A DNA stretch of 64,000 bases from an uncultured Chthonomonadaceae bacterium (GCA_963835065.1 CAWIEK010000016.1:64001-128000), one strand, 5' to 3'; shown: positions 54,134 through 64,000, numbered from the stretch's first letter. Numbers and translations are program-made. Notes: a model not told the origin generated them from the letters alone.

Positions 54134-57100
54134 ATGTTGTACGCTGACAAAAGGCTTTGGAATGTGGCGCGGAAGACCATTCTTGGCGGGGTTCTTGCAA
54201 TCCTTGCCGGACGCGGGGGGGCGCAGATACCTGCGCAGCCGCCGCTGACAACGATGGAAACGCCCCGCCTGCGCATGGAAACGGGCGGGCATATCGGCGC
54301 GGTTCACAGCCTGCTGTTTACGCCTGCCGATGCCGCGCATCCTGAAAACGTGAAGTTGATTTCCTGCGGCGCAGATAAGGTGGCGCGCGTTCATAAGCCG
54401 GCGCAGGACGATGCCGACGCGCTGCGCTTCCAGATCGGGGAAGGGACCGGCGGGCAGTTTTATGCGGCTGCGCTTAATCCCATGCAGCCCAACCAACTCG
54501 CGTTGGGTTCCAGCGGCGGGGACATCAAAGCTGACAGCGACATTCTGCTCACGGATATCAACACGGGCAAGCTCCTCGTGGATGGCGCAACGGGCAAGAC
54601 CATCGGGCGGCTGACAGGACACAAGGACACAATCACCGGCCTGGCATACTCCCCGGACGGCAGCCTGCTCGCGTCATGCGGCGCGGACGGCAGGCTCCTG
54701 CTGTGGAACTTCAACATCCCCGTTAAAACGGCGGGGAAAACGACAGGCAAAACCGCCGCCAGAACAAAGGTCCCTGCATCCGCCGGAACCTTCTCGCCCA
54801 CTGCCGCCCTGATGTTCGGCAAGCCCACGTCGCAGCCTCTCCTAGAGAAGGGCGAGTACATGTCGGGCGTGGCGTTTGCCTCTAATGGCGGTTATCTTGC
54901 CGCCACGAGCTGGCGCCTGGAAGACGACGAGCATCGTGGAGTCCTGCGCATCTGGCAAGTGGATGCCGCCCATCATCTGACGCTTTCCCACACGTTTGAA
55001 TGGGGCAGCGATGTGTTGTGCGTGGCCTGGGCGCGGCCTTCCAGCCGCTATCCGCAGGGACTGCTGGCGTATGGCTCGGAAGACGGTGTGATCCACCTGC
55101 GCGACCCCGGACAAAAATTCGCCGAACAGCCGCCGCTCACAATCCCGAACGACAGCATCACTTGCCTTGCCTTCAACTACGACGGCACGCGCCTGTTGAG
55201 CGGCAGCGGCAGCCGGGGCCATGATGTGACGGTCAGGGTCTGGTCGCTGGAAAACAACAGCCAGATTCAAGCCTTTGACCGGCACGTCACGACGGTTCAC
55301 AGCGTGGCGTTCGCGCCGGACGGCAAAACGGCGGCAAGCGGCGATGCGTTCGGCATGGTGTACCTGTGGAACGCGGAAACCGGCAAGCAGATACGCGCGT
55401 TCAAAGGACCGGGCAATCCCGTTTTCACGGTGGCGTGGCTGGACGGCAACCACGTGGCGTGGGGCAACACTTACGGGCGCGAAAGGCTGGAACATGCGTT
55501 TGATTTGAGCGCGGGCAATCCGATTCCGCGTTTCAAGCCACAGGGGTATGGAGGAACCAGAGCGCAGTCTACGTGGATGGCAGCCGCTCATCCCACTCCC
55601 GGCAAAAACAAGCCGATGCCGTTTATGGCTTTGTCCGCCCTGCCCGATGATTCCGGCGTGATTGTCCGGGATAGCAAGGGGCGCGAAACGCAGCGCATCA
55701 AACTGGGGATTACGGATCACCTGCGCTGTTTCAGTTTCCTGCCGAACGGCAAGGTGGCTGTCGGCTCCGATCTCGATCTGGCCGTGTACAACGTCAGCGG
55801 CAGATACGTCCACAGGGAAGTGAGTTTTGAGGGGCACGAAGGCCCGGTTCTCGCCCTTGCCGTAGACCCGACAGGACAGTATCTCCTGTCAGGGGGCGTG
55901 GATCAAACGGTTCGGCTGTGGAGCCTCAAAGACGCCGAACGCGCCCGCTCCACGAGGCCCGAAGACATGGGCGCGGCGAGTCCGAACGGCGCAAGCGGCA
56001 GCCGCGTGACCGCAAACGCCGCAAATGCCGCAAATGGAAATGGCGCGGACGCGAACAAGCCCCGCCTGACTGCCCAAAGCCGCGCCATTCAACAGTTGGA
56101 CGAGTCCAACCTGGCAATGCCGCGCCCGCAGCCAAAACCCGCGCCTGCCATCACATCTCTGCTTGGCGTTTTCGAGGGCGACGGCGGCGTGTGGGTGGCG
56201 TGGGCGCAAAACGGCTACTATGCCGCGTCCCCGTCGGGCGAAGACGTGCTGGGCTGGCACATCAATCAGGGCGCGGACATGCCCGCCGAGTTTCTGACCT
56301 CGTACCGGTGTCCGCAGTTTTATCAGCCCGAAGTGATCGCGCAGGTATGGCAAAAGGGCGACTTAAACCGCGCGCTGGCCGCCGTGTTTCCCAACAACAG
56401 CCGCCCCGACCTGAACACGCCCCTGCCGCAGCAAATCGCTGGCGTTCCTATTCTGGAGTCCGCGACGGTATGGGTGGGCGACAACCGATTGGAACCTGAC
56501 GCCACCGGCGTGTATCACACCGACGCCAAGCAGGTCAGTCTGAAATGCGCCTTCCGCCCGTCGAGTTCGCCAATCACCGCGCAGGCAGCGCTTAACCATG
56601 CCAATGGCAAGCCGTTTGCGCTTGTTATCAGAAAAAGTTTAGAGCAGGGACTCATCCCCCGGCAATCTACGGAACAGACGCTGGATGTTCCCAGTCTGGA
56701 TGCCGGCCTGAACACCATTCGCATCTATGCGCAGAACGACAGCGGCATCAGCGATAATTCAGTGCGCGTGGAGCGCATCGCTTCTGCGCAACCGCAAACC
56801 CTGCGCGTACTGGCGGTAGGCATCAGCGAGTACAACGACCCCGGTCTGCGCCTGCAGTACGCCCATAAGGACGCGGAGGCAATACGGGACTTTTTCCAAA
56901 GCAATGCGCAAGCCGGCGGCAAAAAGCTGTTCGATGACGTGAAAACCGTTCTGGTAACAAATCAGGACGCCACGCGGAAAAACATCGAAAGCAAAATGGA
57001 AGATTTGCTGAAAGATGAGAAGCCGGAGGATACCGTTCTGCTGTACTTTTCCTGTCATGGCTTTGACGCGGAGGGCAGGGAGGGCAAGACCTACTACCTG

Positions 57101-57604
57101 GCTCCCGCCGATGTCGCGGTCAAGCATACGCAGGGCGGCAGGAACACGATTCAAAACGGCTACGCCTGGAAGGACATTCTGGCGCGGCTGGCGAATGTGA
57201 AGGCGAAGCACATCATTGTGATGGTGGACCATTGCTTTGCCGGCGGCGTCAGCGAAACCCTGAATGACCCGCGCTTCCTCCTGGACAATGAGGACTTCAA
57301 GGATCAGAACGAAACCTTGCGCGAACTGCGGCAAAACAACATCCTGGTTTTCACCGCGTCTGCGGCCACAGAGTACAGTTACGAAGACAAAAATCGCGAA
57401 CACGGCGCGTTCACGGCTTCCGTTCTGGACGCCCTGCAAGGCAAGATGGATGCGGTTCTGTACCCAGACAATCTAGCACAGTTGAACGCGCTGGACTTCT
57501 GGGTTCCGCAGCAGGTGTCCGCCAACTTCAGTTCGCAGCATCCCGGCCTGTTCGCCCTGCCGAATGCCGACAAAGCGGTTCCACTGGCAGTGATTAGGCA
57601 TTAG
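54134..57604 (+). CDS. Secreted WD40-repeat protein with C-terminal caspase-like (peptidase C14) domain
   Basis: Signal-like N-terminus, many GH...DG..LAS...D..VRLW repeats, VLAVGISEY..LQYAHKDA, catalytic dyad YFSCHG and VDHCFAG, HGAFT. Confidence 0.9.
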   Translation: MLYADKRLWNVARKTILGGVLAILAGRGGAQIPAQPPLTTMETPRLRMETGGHIGAVHSLLFTPADAAHPENVKLISCGADKVARVHKPAQDDADALRFQIGEGTGGQFYAAALNPMQPNQLALGSSGGDIKADSDILLTDINTGKLLVDGATGKTIGRLTGHKDTITGLAYSPDGSLLASCGADGRLLLWNFNIPVKTAGKTTGKTAARTKVPASAGTFSPTAALMFGKPTSQPLLEKGEYMSGVAFASNGGYLAATSWRLEDDEHRGVLRIWQVDAAHHLTLSHTFEWGSDVLCVAWARPSSRYPQGLLAYGSEDGVIHLRDPGQKFAEQPPLTIPNDSITCLAFNYDGTRLLSGSGSRGHDVTVRVWSLENNSQIQAFDRHVTTVHSVAFAPDGKTAASGDAFGMVYLWNAETGKQIRAFKGPGNPVFTVAWLDGNHVAWGNTYGRERLEHAFDLSAGNPIPRFKPQGYGGTRAQSTWMAAAHPTPGKNKPMPFMALSALPDDSGVIVRDSKGRETQRIKLGITDHLRCFSFLPNGKVAVGSDLDLAVYNVSGRYVHREVSFEGHEGPVLALAVDPTGQYLLSGGVDQTVRLWSLKDAERARSTRPEDMGAASPNGASGSRVTANAANAANGNGADANKPRLTAQSRAIQQLDESNLAMPRPQPKPAPAITSLLGVFEGDGGVWVAWAQNGYYAASPSGEDVLGWHINQGADMPAEFLTSYRCPQFYQPEVIAQVWQKGDLNRALAAVFPNNSRPDLNTPLPQQIAGVPILESATVWVGDNRLEPDATGVYHTDAKQVSLKCAFRPSSSPITAQAALNHANGKPFALVIRKSLEQGLIPRQSTEQTLDVPSLDAGLNTIRIYAQNDSGISDNSVRVERIASAQPQTLRVLAVGISEYNDPGLRLQYAHKDAEAIRDFFQSNAQAGGKKLFDDVKTVLVTNQDATRKNIESKMEDLLKDEKPEDTVLLYFSCHGFDAEGREGKTYYLAPADVAVKHTQGGRNTIQNGYAWKDILARLANVKAKHIIVMVDHCFAGGVSETLNDPRFLLDNEDFKDQNETLRELRQNNILVFTASAATEYSYEDKNREHGAFTASVLDALQGKMDAVLYPDNLAQLNALDFWVPQQVSANFSSQHPGLFALPNADKAVPLAVIRH

Positions 57605-57691
57605 GCATTAGGCATTAGGCATTAGAGAAGAGAGAAGAGATATTCAGCTAGGTATAAGGGTACATCACCTAATGCCTAATGCCTAATGCCT
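57594..57691. repeat. (GGCATTA)n ... (TAATGCC)n element supplying the caspase gene stop codon
   Basis: The protein ends AVIRH* inside the left arm. Confidence 0.9.
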
Positions 57692-57707
57692 TCCCGAAGG
57701 AGTACCA

Positions 57708-60326
57708 ATGGCATTTCCGGGCAAAGCGACCAAAGATTTTTTTATCAGTTACAACCAGAAAGATCAGCACTGGGCTGAATGGGTTGCCTGGGAACTGGAA
57801 GAAGCGGGCTATACGGCGATTGTGCAGGCGTGGGACTTTGGGGCGGGCAGCAACTTCGTCGTGGAAATGGATGAGGCCGCCAAAAACGCCGAACGGACGC
57901 TGGCGCTGTTGTCGCCGACGTATATCGCCTCCATTTTCACGCGCCCCGAATGGGCGGCGGCATTTGCGGACGACCCGACCAGCGTGAATCGCAAACTGAT
58001 CCCCATTCGCGTGGAAGAGTGCGAACTGACCGGGCTGCTGCGGCAGATCGTGTACATTGATCTTGTCGGCAAGGAGGAGCAGGACGCCCGCGAAATCCTA
58101 CTGGCGCAGATCAAGGTCACGGAACGCGCCAAGCCGGCCACGCGCCCCTCATTCATGGGCAGCCGCAAGCCGGAAGTACAGGCGGTTGTTGCCGTAACCC
58201 CGTCCGCGCCCGGCGCGGAAAGTTCCCGCCCCGGTTTCCCGACCGCCAATGCGCCGTTTCAAGTGCCGTATCCGCGCCTCGCCTTTTTCACGGGGCGAGA
58301 CGATCAACTGAATGCGCTGCATCAGGCGCTTATCGGGGGCGGGCGTACCACCGCGATACAGGCGCTTACCGGATTGGGTGGCATCGGCAAAACGCAAATG
58401 GCCGTTGAGTATGCGTACCAGTACCGGGAAGAATACAGCGCGATCTTATGGGCGCGGGCCGAAAACGAGCAGCAATTAAAGACGGACTTTGTTGGTATCG
58501 CCAAATTGCTGGACCTGCCGGAGCAGGACGCGCCGGATCAGGACGAAACCCGCGATGCGGTGAAGCAGTGGCTTGCCTGCAACGAAAAGTGGCTGCTGAT
58601 ACTGGATAACGTGGACGCGCCGGCTGCCGTGAAACCGTTTCTGCCCGTGATTCACAGTGGCTGCGTACTGCTGACAACGCGCTCACAGGACGTACGCGCG
58701 CTGGGGATCGCCATGCCGCTGACCTTGCCGGAACTGTCGCCGAACGAAGCGCAAGCCTTTCTGCTGAAAAGCACCGGGCGCGAAAACGCCGAGCCGCAAG
58801 AGTGCGCGGCGGCAAAACAATTAGGCGTGGAATTGGGCGGGCTGCCACTCGCGCTGGAACAGGCGGCGGCATACGTCGGGCAAAACGACACGCCGTTTCA
58901 AAGCTACCTCAAATCTTTTAAGAAGCGCCGCCTGGCCCTCCTTAATGCGCAGGACCCCGTACAGGGCGATTATGCCCATTCGGTCGCTACGACATGGGAC
59001 ATCAATTTTCAGGTCATACAGCGCAAATCCCCGGCATCGGTAGAACTGCTCAACCTGAGCGCGTTTCTTGCCCCGGAACGGATTCCGCTGGAACTGCTCA
59101 TCAAATCTGCTGCGCTGCTTGGGCCTAAACTGGAAGACGCGCTGGATGGAGCCGAAGAAGACGAACTGGTTCTGGACGATCTGCTGCTGCCCCTGACGCG
59201 CTACTCGTTGGCGCATCGTCAGCGTCAGTCCAACAGCTACGACGTTCACCGGCTGGTGCAGGCCGTGACGCGCCAGAATATGGACGACGCGCAGCGCGAA
59301 TTGTGGACGGAGCGGGCCGTGTGTGCGGTCAGCCAATCGTTCCCCGAAGCGACGGTTGAAAATTGGCCGGCTTGCGAGCGGCTGTTGTCCCACGCCCTGA
59401 TTTGCGCCGACCACATTGCGGCGGAAGGGTATGAATTTGAACCCGCTGTAGCGCTGCTGATTCAACTGGGCAATTATCTGTATGACCGCGCGCACTACGC
59501 CCTTGCCGAACCACTGATGGCGCGGGCGTTGGCCCTGCGGGAAAAAACGCTGCCCGCCAACGATCCCCAAATCGCCGAGCGCTGCATCAATCTGGCGGTG
59601 GTGTATTACCGTCAGCAGCGGTATGCGGAAGCGGAAGACTTGTACACTCGCGCGCTTCATATTTCGGAGGAGCATTACGGCCCAGAACATCCCGATGTTG
59701 CGTACTGCTTGAACAATCTGGCCGTGCTTTACATGGATCAGAATCGGTACGAGGAAGCGGAACCTTTATATCTTCGCGCCCTACACATACACGAAACCGC
59801 GCTCGGCCCCAATCATCAGCATACTGCCACAAGTCTGAATAATCTGGCGCTGCTGCTGCAGCATCAGGGACGCTTGCGGGAAATGGAGCCGCTGTACCGC
59901 CGCGCCTATCGCATCGTGGACAAGACGCTCGGCCCCGAACACCCGGATACCGCCATGATCCTGAATAATCTGGCCGAACTTTACGAGCAGTTGAACCGCT
60001 ATGTGGAAGCGGGGATGCTGTACCGCAGAGCGCTTGGCATTTTAGAAAAAGTATGTGGCGCGGAGCATCCCTTTGTCGCCTACGTGGTGGCGCATCTGGC
60101 CGGGCTGTATGATGAGCAGGGGAAGTACGATGAATCGGAAGCGCACTACTGCCGCGCCCTGTCCATTTTCACCAACATTCTGGGCTGTGACCACAAGGAA
60201 ACCTCGCAGTGCCGCGACAAGTACACGGCCCTGCTGCGCTCCCTGGGGCGCGACGACGAGGCCGACACGCTCACGCAAAACGCGCAAATCGTGGTGCAGA
60301 CGCGAGAAAGCGCAGTGCGGCGATAG
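57708..60326 (+). CDS. TIR - NB-ARC (STAND ATPase) - TPR protein (NLR-like)
   Basis: DFFISYN..D..WAEW, TRPEW (TIR Glu); FTGR, GLGGIGKT, LLILDNV, LGGLPLALEQAAAY, VHRLVQ; HP..A..LNNLA TPRs. Confidence 0.94.
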   Translation: MAFPGKATKDFFISYNQKDQHWAEWVAWELEEAGYTAIVQAWDFGAGSNFVVEMDEAAKNAERTLALLSPTYIASIFTRPEWAAAFADDPTSVNRKLIPIRVEECELTGLLRQIVYIDLVGKEEQDAREILLAQIKVTERAKPATRPSFMGSRKPEVQAVVAVTPSAPGAESSRPGFPTANAPFQVPYPRLAFFTGRDDQLNALHQALIGGGRTTAIQALTGLGGIGKTQMAVEYAYQYREEYSAILWARAENEQQLKTDFVGIAKLLDLPEQDAPDQDETRDAVKQWLACNEKWLLILDNVDAPAAVKPFLPVIHSGCVLLTTRSQDVRALGIAMPLTLPELSPNEAQAFLLKSTGRENAEPQECAAAKQLGVELGGLPLALEQAAAYVGQNDTPFQSYLKSFKKRRLALLNAQDPVQGDYAHSVATTWDINFQVIQRKSPASVELLNLSAFLAPERIPLELLIKSAALLGPKLEDALDGAEEDELVLDDLLLPLTRYSLAHRQRQSNSYDVHRLVQAVTRQNMDDAQRELWTERAVCAVSQSFPEATVENWPACERLLSHALICADHIAAEGYEFEPAVALLIQLGNYLYDRAHYALAEPLMARALALREKTLPANDPQIAERCINLAVVYYRQQRYAEAEDLYTRALHISEEHYGPEHPDVAYCLNNLAVLYMDQNRYEEAEPLYLRALHIHETALGPNHQHTATSLNNLALLLQHQGRLREMEPLYRRAYRIVDKTLGPEHPDTAMILNNLAELYEQLNRYVEAGMLYRRALGILEKVCGAEHPFVAYVVAHLAGLYDEQGKYDESEAHYCRALSIFTNILGCDHKETSQCRDKYTALLRSLGRDDEADTLTQNAQIVVQTRESAVRR

Positions 60327-60338
60327 GCAGGGAATTAG

Positions 60339-60367
60339 CCGCGAATGAACGCGAATGAACGCGAATG
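60339..60367. repeat. 11-mer tandem repeat
   Basis: CGCGAATGAA-type units repeated about three times right after the NLR stop. Confidence 0.7.
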
Positions 60368-60486
60368 GTTCATCATGAGGAAACCCCCGTAATGTGAGTA
60401 TCTCGTCACCGGTGAGTTGTCCTACGACGCTCACCGGAAAACCAGTCAAAGAATATAATTGGTTCAAGCGGGGTTTTAGAAAGATA

Positions 60487-61290
60487 ATGCGAATGGCGTT
60501 GATGGCGGCGCAGGCAATTGATTTTGGCGGGGAATGGCACACGCGTATGGTGGTTGCTTCCGATGCTGCCGATGCCGGGGCTATTCTGGATGCGCTTGGT
60601 TTGGAGTTGCCGGACGCCGTACTGATGATTTTTGGCGGCGCGGCCCACATGGAAACGGGATTGGAAACGGAGATTGCGGCGGCGTTTCGCAATTCTATTT
60701 TGCCCATTGTCGCCGCCTGCAACGCCCTGATTATAGATGGCGGGACGCAGGCGGGCATTATGGAGATCGTAGGCGCATTGGGCGCGGAAGGTACGCCGCG
60801 CCCGATTATGCTTGGCGTGGCTCCCCTGGGCGCGGTGACGTTTCCCGGCAAGGCGCAAATGGCGGACGTTCATGGTTTTGCCGCTGTGCCGGAAGCGGAA
60901 ATCGGTGGTCTTGCCCCACTCGATCCCAATCATTCCCACTTCGCGCTGACGCCCACAACCGAATGGGGCAGCGAAACGGCAACCATGTTCCAACTGGCCG
61001 TCGCGCTTTCAAAGCGGGAAGCCAAACCGCGCCCCCTCGCCGCGCTGCTGTTTAACGGCGGCATGATCGCCAAACAGGAAGCCCTGCAATGTATACGGCA
61101 GGGCTGGCCCCTCATCGCGCTGCAGGGAACCGGGCGGCTGGCCGACCAGATCGCGCAGGCCAAATCACAGCAACCCCTCACGCCCGAAGATACCGAACTG
61201 GCCGAAATCGTCACAAGCGATAGGCTGAAGGTGGTTTCCCTTGCCGATGTTGCCGACGCGCTGGGGGAGGCATTAGATATTAGATATTAG
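60487..61290 (+). CDS. SLOG domain protein of the TRPM-like (LSDAT_prok) family
   Basis: VLMIFGGA, IIDGGTQAGIM, LGVAP, LDPNHSHF, WGSE, NGG, QGTGRLAD. Start uncertain. Confidence 0.88.
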   Translation: MRMALMAAQAIDFGGEWHTRMVVASDAADAGAILDALGLELPDAVLMIFGGAAHMETGLETEIAAAFRNSILPIVAACNALIIDGGTQAGIMEIVGALGAEGTPRPIMLGVAPLGAVTFPGKAQMADVHGFAAVPEAEIGGLAPLDPNHSHFALTPTTEWGSETATMFQLAVALSKREAKPRPLAALLFNGGMIAKQEALQCIRQGWPLIALQGTGRLADQIAQAKSQQPLTPEDTELAEIVTSDRLKVVSLADVADALGEALDIRY

Positions 61291-61386
61291 GCAGAAGAGG
61301 GAACAGGGAACAGGAGAGGATGCCCTATCAACTATCATCTATCAACTATCAACTCCTGATTCATCCTTCATCCCTCATCCTCATCC
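61270..61386. repeat. Mosaic heptamer tract between the SLOG and SLATT ORFs
   Basis: (ATTAGAT), (GGGAACA), (TATCAAC) and (TCATCCY) blocks in series. Confidence 0.88.
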
Positions 61387-61401
61387 CGGAAGGTCACTGC
61401 G

Positions 61402-62431
61402 ATGCTCACGGACGCCTGGAAGCTGTATGCGAGTTATGATTACAACGCGCAGCTTCAACAGAAAAACTTTCGCCGCTATCAGGGTACGCTGCTGCTGCTT
61501 GGATTGGCGGCAACGCTGCTGGCAACGCTGCTGGCCGGACGGCAGATGGGCCAGATGAGCGGCTTTTGGAAGCTGTCGTTCGTGCCAAATGATAATATCT
61601 TTACGACGGCGATTGTGCTGATAACCGCCGCCACGTCCGGCCTGTTAAGCGCTCTGAGCCGCTACAAGCCGGGAGAAAAATGGCTGGCCCTGCGCGCGTC
61701 GGCGCAATCGGTGCAGCGGGAGATTTATGGCTATCTGATGCAGGCGGGCGAATACCGCGATCATCCTGAACCCGCGCTGTTGTACCACCGATTAAACGCG
61801 ATTTCTACGGGATTGGCCGACATCATTCTGCACGAGCCGATGGCGGCAAGCGCGCAGCCTGCCGATATGGAGCAAGCCGGTAGTTGAAACCTTTCCCATG
61901 ACGCCGGAGCATTATGTCGCGCTGCGCCTGACCGATCAGGCCGCGTACTATCACCGCAAGGTTGGCAAACTGAACCGGCAGGCGCAATGGCTGCACGGAG
62001 CCAGTATTGTGGCCGGCACGGCGGGAACCATCCTTGCCCTGCTCAACCACCCCCTGTGGGTTCCCTTTACGGCGGCGGTAACGACAGCCTGCATCAGCTA
62101 CCTGCAGCAGCGGCAAATCGAAGTGACGCTGGCGCAGTACAATCAAAGCGGCAACAGCCTGGAGCGTATTGATCGCTGGTGGCGCAACGAACTGACCGAG
62201 ACCGAGCGCGCGCTGCCGGAAAACCGGGATAAGCTCGTCAGCTTCACCGAAGACATTCTCGCGGCGGAACTGACCAGTTGGACGCAAAAACTCAGCGAAG
62301 CGATGGCGAAGATGGCGACTCCCCCGACGGGAGAGGCAAAAGGAACTTTGACCGCTCCCAATCCTGTCGCGCCTGCTCATGCTGCGCCCGGCCCCGCGCT
62401 CCCTCCCATTGTAAATCAAAAAATAATATGA
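61402..62431 (+). CDS. Tandem SLATT-type membrane effector (DUF4231 + SLATT_1-like), apparent frameshift near 61880
   Basis: Two 2TM units: KWLALRASAQSVQREIYGY..AGEY and YVALRLTDQ..YY...LV..TE.IL..E..SW. Removing one base joins ORFs 61402-61887 and 61898-62431. Confidence 0.82.
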
Positions 62432-62433
62432 CT

Positions 62434-62468
62434 CTCACTTCCGATACCGTTATAGTATCGGAAGTGAG
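62434..62468. other. Perfect 14 bp inverted repeat (terminator-like or recombinase site)
   Basis: CTCACTTCCGATAC-CGTTATA-GTATCGGAAGTGAG; no U-tract. Confidence 0.6.
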
Positions 62469-62499
62469 GTCCGTTATACCCTGTATGGAGGCAAGTTGG

Positions 62500-63531
62500 A
62501 TGCGCAAAGTTCGTTGTGCCTTTGTTTTGTTGCTGGCGGCGCTTCTCGCGCCTGTCGGTCTGCAGGCGCAGTCTGTTGCGCCGCCCAAACCCATTCGTTA
62601 CCACCTGGCGGACTGCCATCTGCATCTGGTGGACTTTTTGCAGCATACCGATGGCATCAAGGCGCTGCTGAAGGCAATGGATCGCAGCGGCGTAGACGAA
62701 GCCATGCTCTGCGGGATGCCTCTTGTTAAGGAGTGGTCGCTTTCGGAACCAACCCCGCCCCAGTATTATCTGGACGACGACAGCCGCTGCTACTGGTACT
62801 CCGCGACGGACATTCTGGTCGCTCGCCAGATCGAATCGCTGTCGCCCAACGAGCGGAAGCGCTTCCATCCCTTCATCTGTGGGTTCAACAGTCAGGATCG
62901 CAACGCCATCGAGCATGTAAAGCGTATGCTGGAATGGTATCCGAACGTGTGGCAGGGTATCGGCGAAGTGATGACCCGCCACGACGATCTGAGCGCCCTC
63001 ACGTATGGGGATGCGGCGCATGCGGACAGCGTTTCGCTGGACCCGCTCTACGAACTGGCGGCGCAGTACGACATGCCCGTATCGGTGCATAGCGATGTGA
63101 GTTCCGTGTGGAAGCGTGAGCCGCTTTATCTTCACGAAATCGAAAATGCGGTCAAGAAGCACCCGCATACGCGCATCATCTGGTGTCACGCGGGCGTGAG
63201 TCGGCGCATTGACGTGCCCACACTGGCCGGGGAAGTCCGCCGGCTTCTCGCCACCTATCCCAATGTGTATGTGGATCTGTCCTGGGTCGTCTTTGAAACG
63301 TACCTCACCAAAGATAATCAGCCCGTCAACGATTGGGTCAGCCTCATCGAAGCATTCCCGACACGCTTTATGATCGGTTCGGACAAGGTAGGCAAGTTCG
63401 ACGACTACCATAAGGAGATGCAGAAATACTACGTTTTACTCGACGCCCTCAAGCCTGACACAGCCCGCAAAGTGGCCCGCGACAACTTCCTGGCCCTCCT
63501 TCCGCGCGCGCAGCAAGCGGCGGGGCATTAA
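62500..63531 (+). CDS. Secreted amidohydrolase family protein
   Basis: Signal peptide, DCHLH, GIGE, VHSD, WCHAG, YVDLSW, RFMIGSD. Confidence 0.88.
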   Translation: MRKVRCAFVLLLAALLAPVGLQAQSVAPPKPIRYHLADCHLHLVDFLQHTDGIKALLKAMDRSGVDEAMLCGMPLVKEWSLSEPTPPQYYLDDDSRCYWYSATDILVARQIESLSPNERKRFHPFICGFNSQDRNAIEHVKRMLEWYPNVWQGIGEVMTRHDDLSALTYGDAAHADSVSLDPLYELAAQYDMPVSVHSDVSSVWKREPLYLHEIENAVKKHPHTRIIWCHAGVSRRIDVPTLAGEVRRLLATYPNVYVDLSWVVFETYLTKDNQPVNDWVSLIEAFPTRFMIGSDKVGKFDDYHKEMQKYYVLLDALKPDTARKVARDNFLALLPRAQQAAGH

Positions 63532-63556
63532 CGGCCCTTAAAGTCGCGCAGTTCCC

Positions 63557-64000
63557 TCACGGCGTCGCCTTTGCGAAGACGATAAACGGGACCAAACTGG
63601 AAATGTTGTTGATCGTCGGGACGATCTCGAAGAGGTCCGGTTTGATGAGCAGCACATTGCCCGACAGCAATACCTGCCCTTTGGAGGTTAAGGTCAGAAA
63701 GCCCTGCGGGTTGCTGAAGGGCTGGGGTTTCGTCGCTGGTCCCAGCGTCCAGCTGCCCTGCGTCGTTGTGGTCGTCGTTATCCCGGCGTTAGCGCTGCTG
63801 TCGGTTAACGTAAAGGAGCCGTTGGCACTCAATGTCATTTTGACAAACGTATTTGTCGTCGGACCCGCTTGCCAGATATCGGTTAGCAGGCCGGCAAGGG
63901 AAATGCCAGGGTTGCCTCCCCCGCCTCCATTACCGCCGCCCCCGCCGCCTCCATTACCTCCCCCGCCTCCCGGCCCTCCCTGAGCCAGTGCCGAGCCTGC
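63557..64000 (-). CDS. Gly-rich secreted hypothetical protein, 5' end outside window
   Basis: Frame is open to the window edge: ALAQGGPGGGGGNGGGG...DIWQAGP...MTLSANGSFTL. Confidence 0.6.
   Translation of the reverse strand, partial: AGSALAQGGPGGGGGNGGGGGGGNGGGGGNPGISLAGLLTDIWQAGPTTNTFVKMTLSANGSFTLTDSSANAGITTTTTTQGSWTLGPATKPQPFSNPQGFLTLTSKGQVLLSGNVLLIKPDLFEIVPTINNISSLVPFIVFAKATP

Overview
GC-rich bacterial DNA. Gene content (DUF1559 prepilin-type proteins, a DUF6785-like membrane protein, NHL/Ig lipoproteins) suggests Armatimonadota, which is an inference. Main blocks: (1) 1-16 kb, transport and metabolic genes plus a Cre-like tyrosine recombinase. (2) 16.5-22.2 kb, a plasmid/chromid-type replicon with parB, an HTH-parA fusion, a rep-like gene, 22-bp-period iterons and three parS-like palindromes. 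(3) An unannotated CxxU selenoprotein (AhpD-like) with a SECIS-like hairpin. (4) A UnbU/UnbV (RnfD-like plus CRTAC1/FG-GAP) operon with no enediyne PKS in the window. (5) A RuvC-less TnpB remnant. (6) 45-57.6 kb, five lipoproteins whose N-terminal strand, Arg motif and C-terminal strand pattern resembles type V (donor-strand) pili, next to an outer-membrane barrel and a secreted WD40-caspase. (7) 57.7-62.4 kb, TIR-NB-ARC-TPR plus TRPM-like SLOG plus SLATT genes, a candidate nucleotide-signalling defence module. Short-period repeat elements (7, 9 and 11 nt) occur throughout: they sit in frame inside proteins, supply stop codons to several genes and appear to split one gene. About 13 single-base frameshifts are probably sequencing or assembly errors. 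All family assignments come from motif recognition, not database searches.
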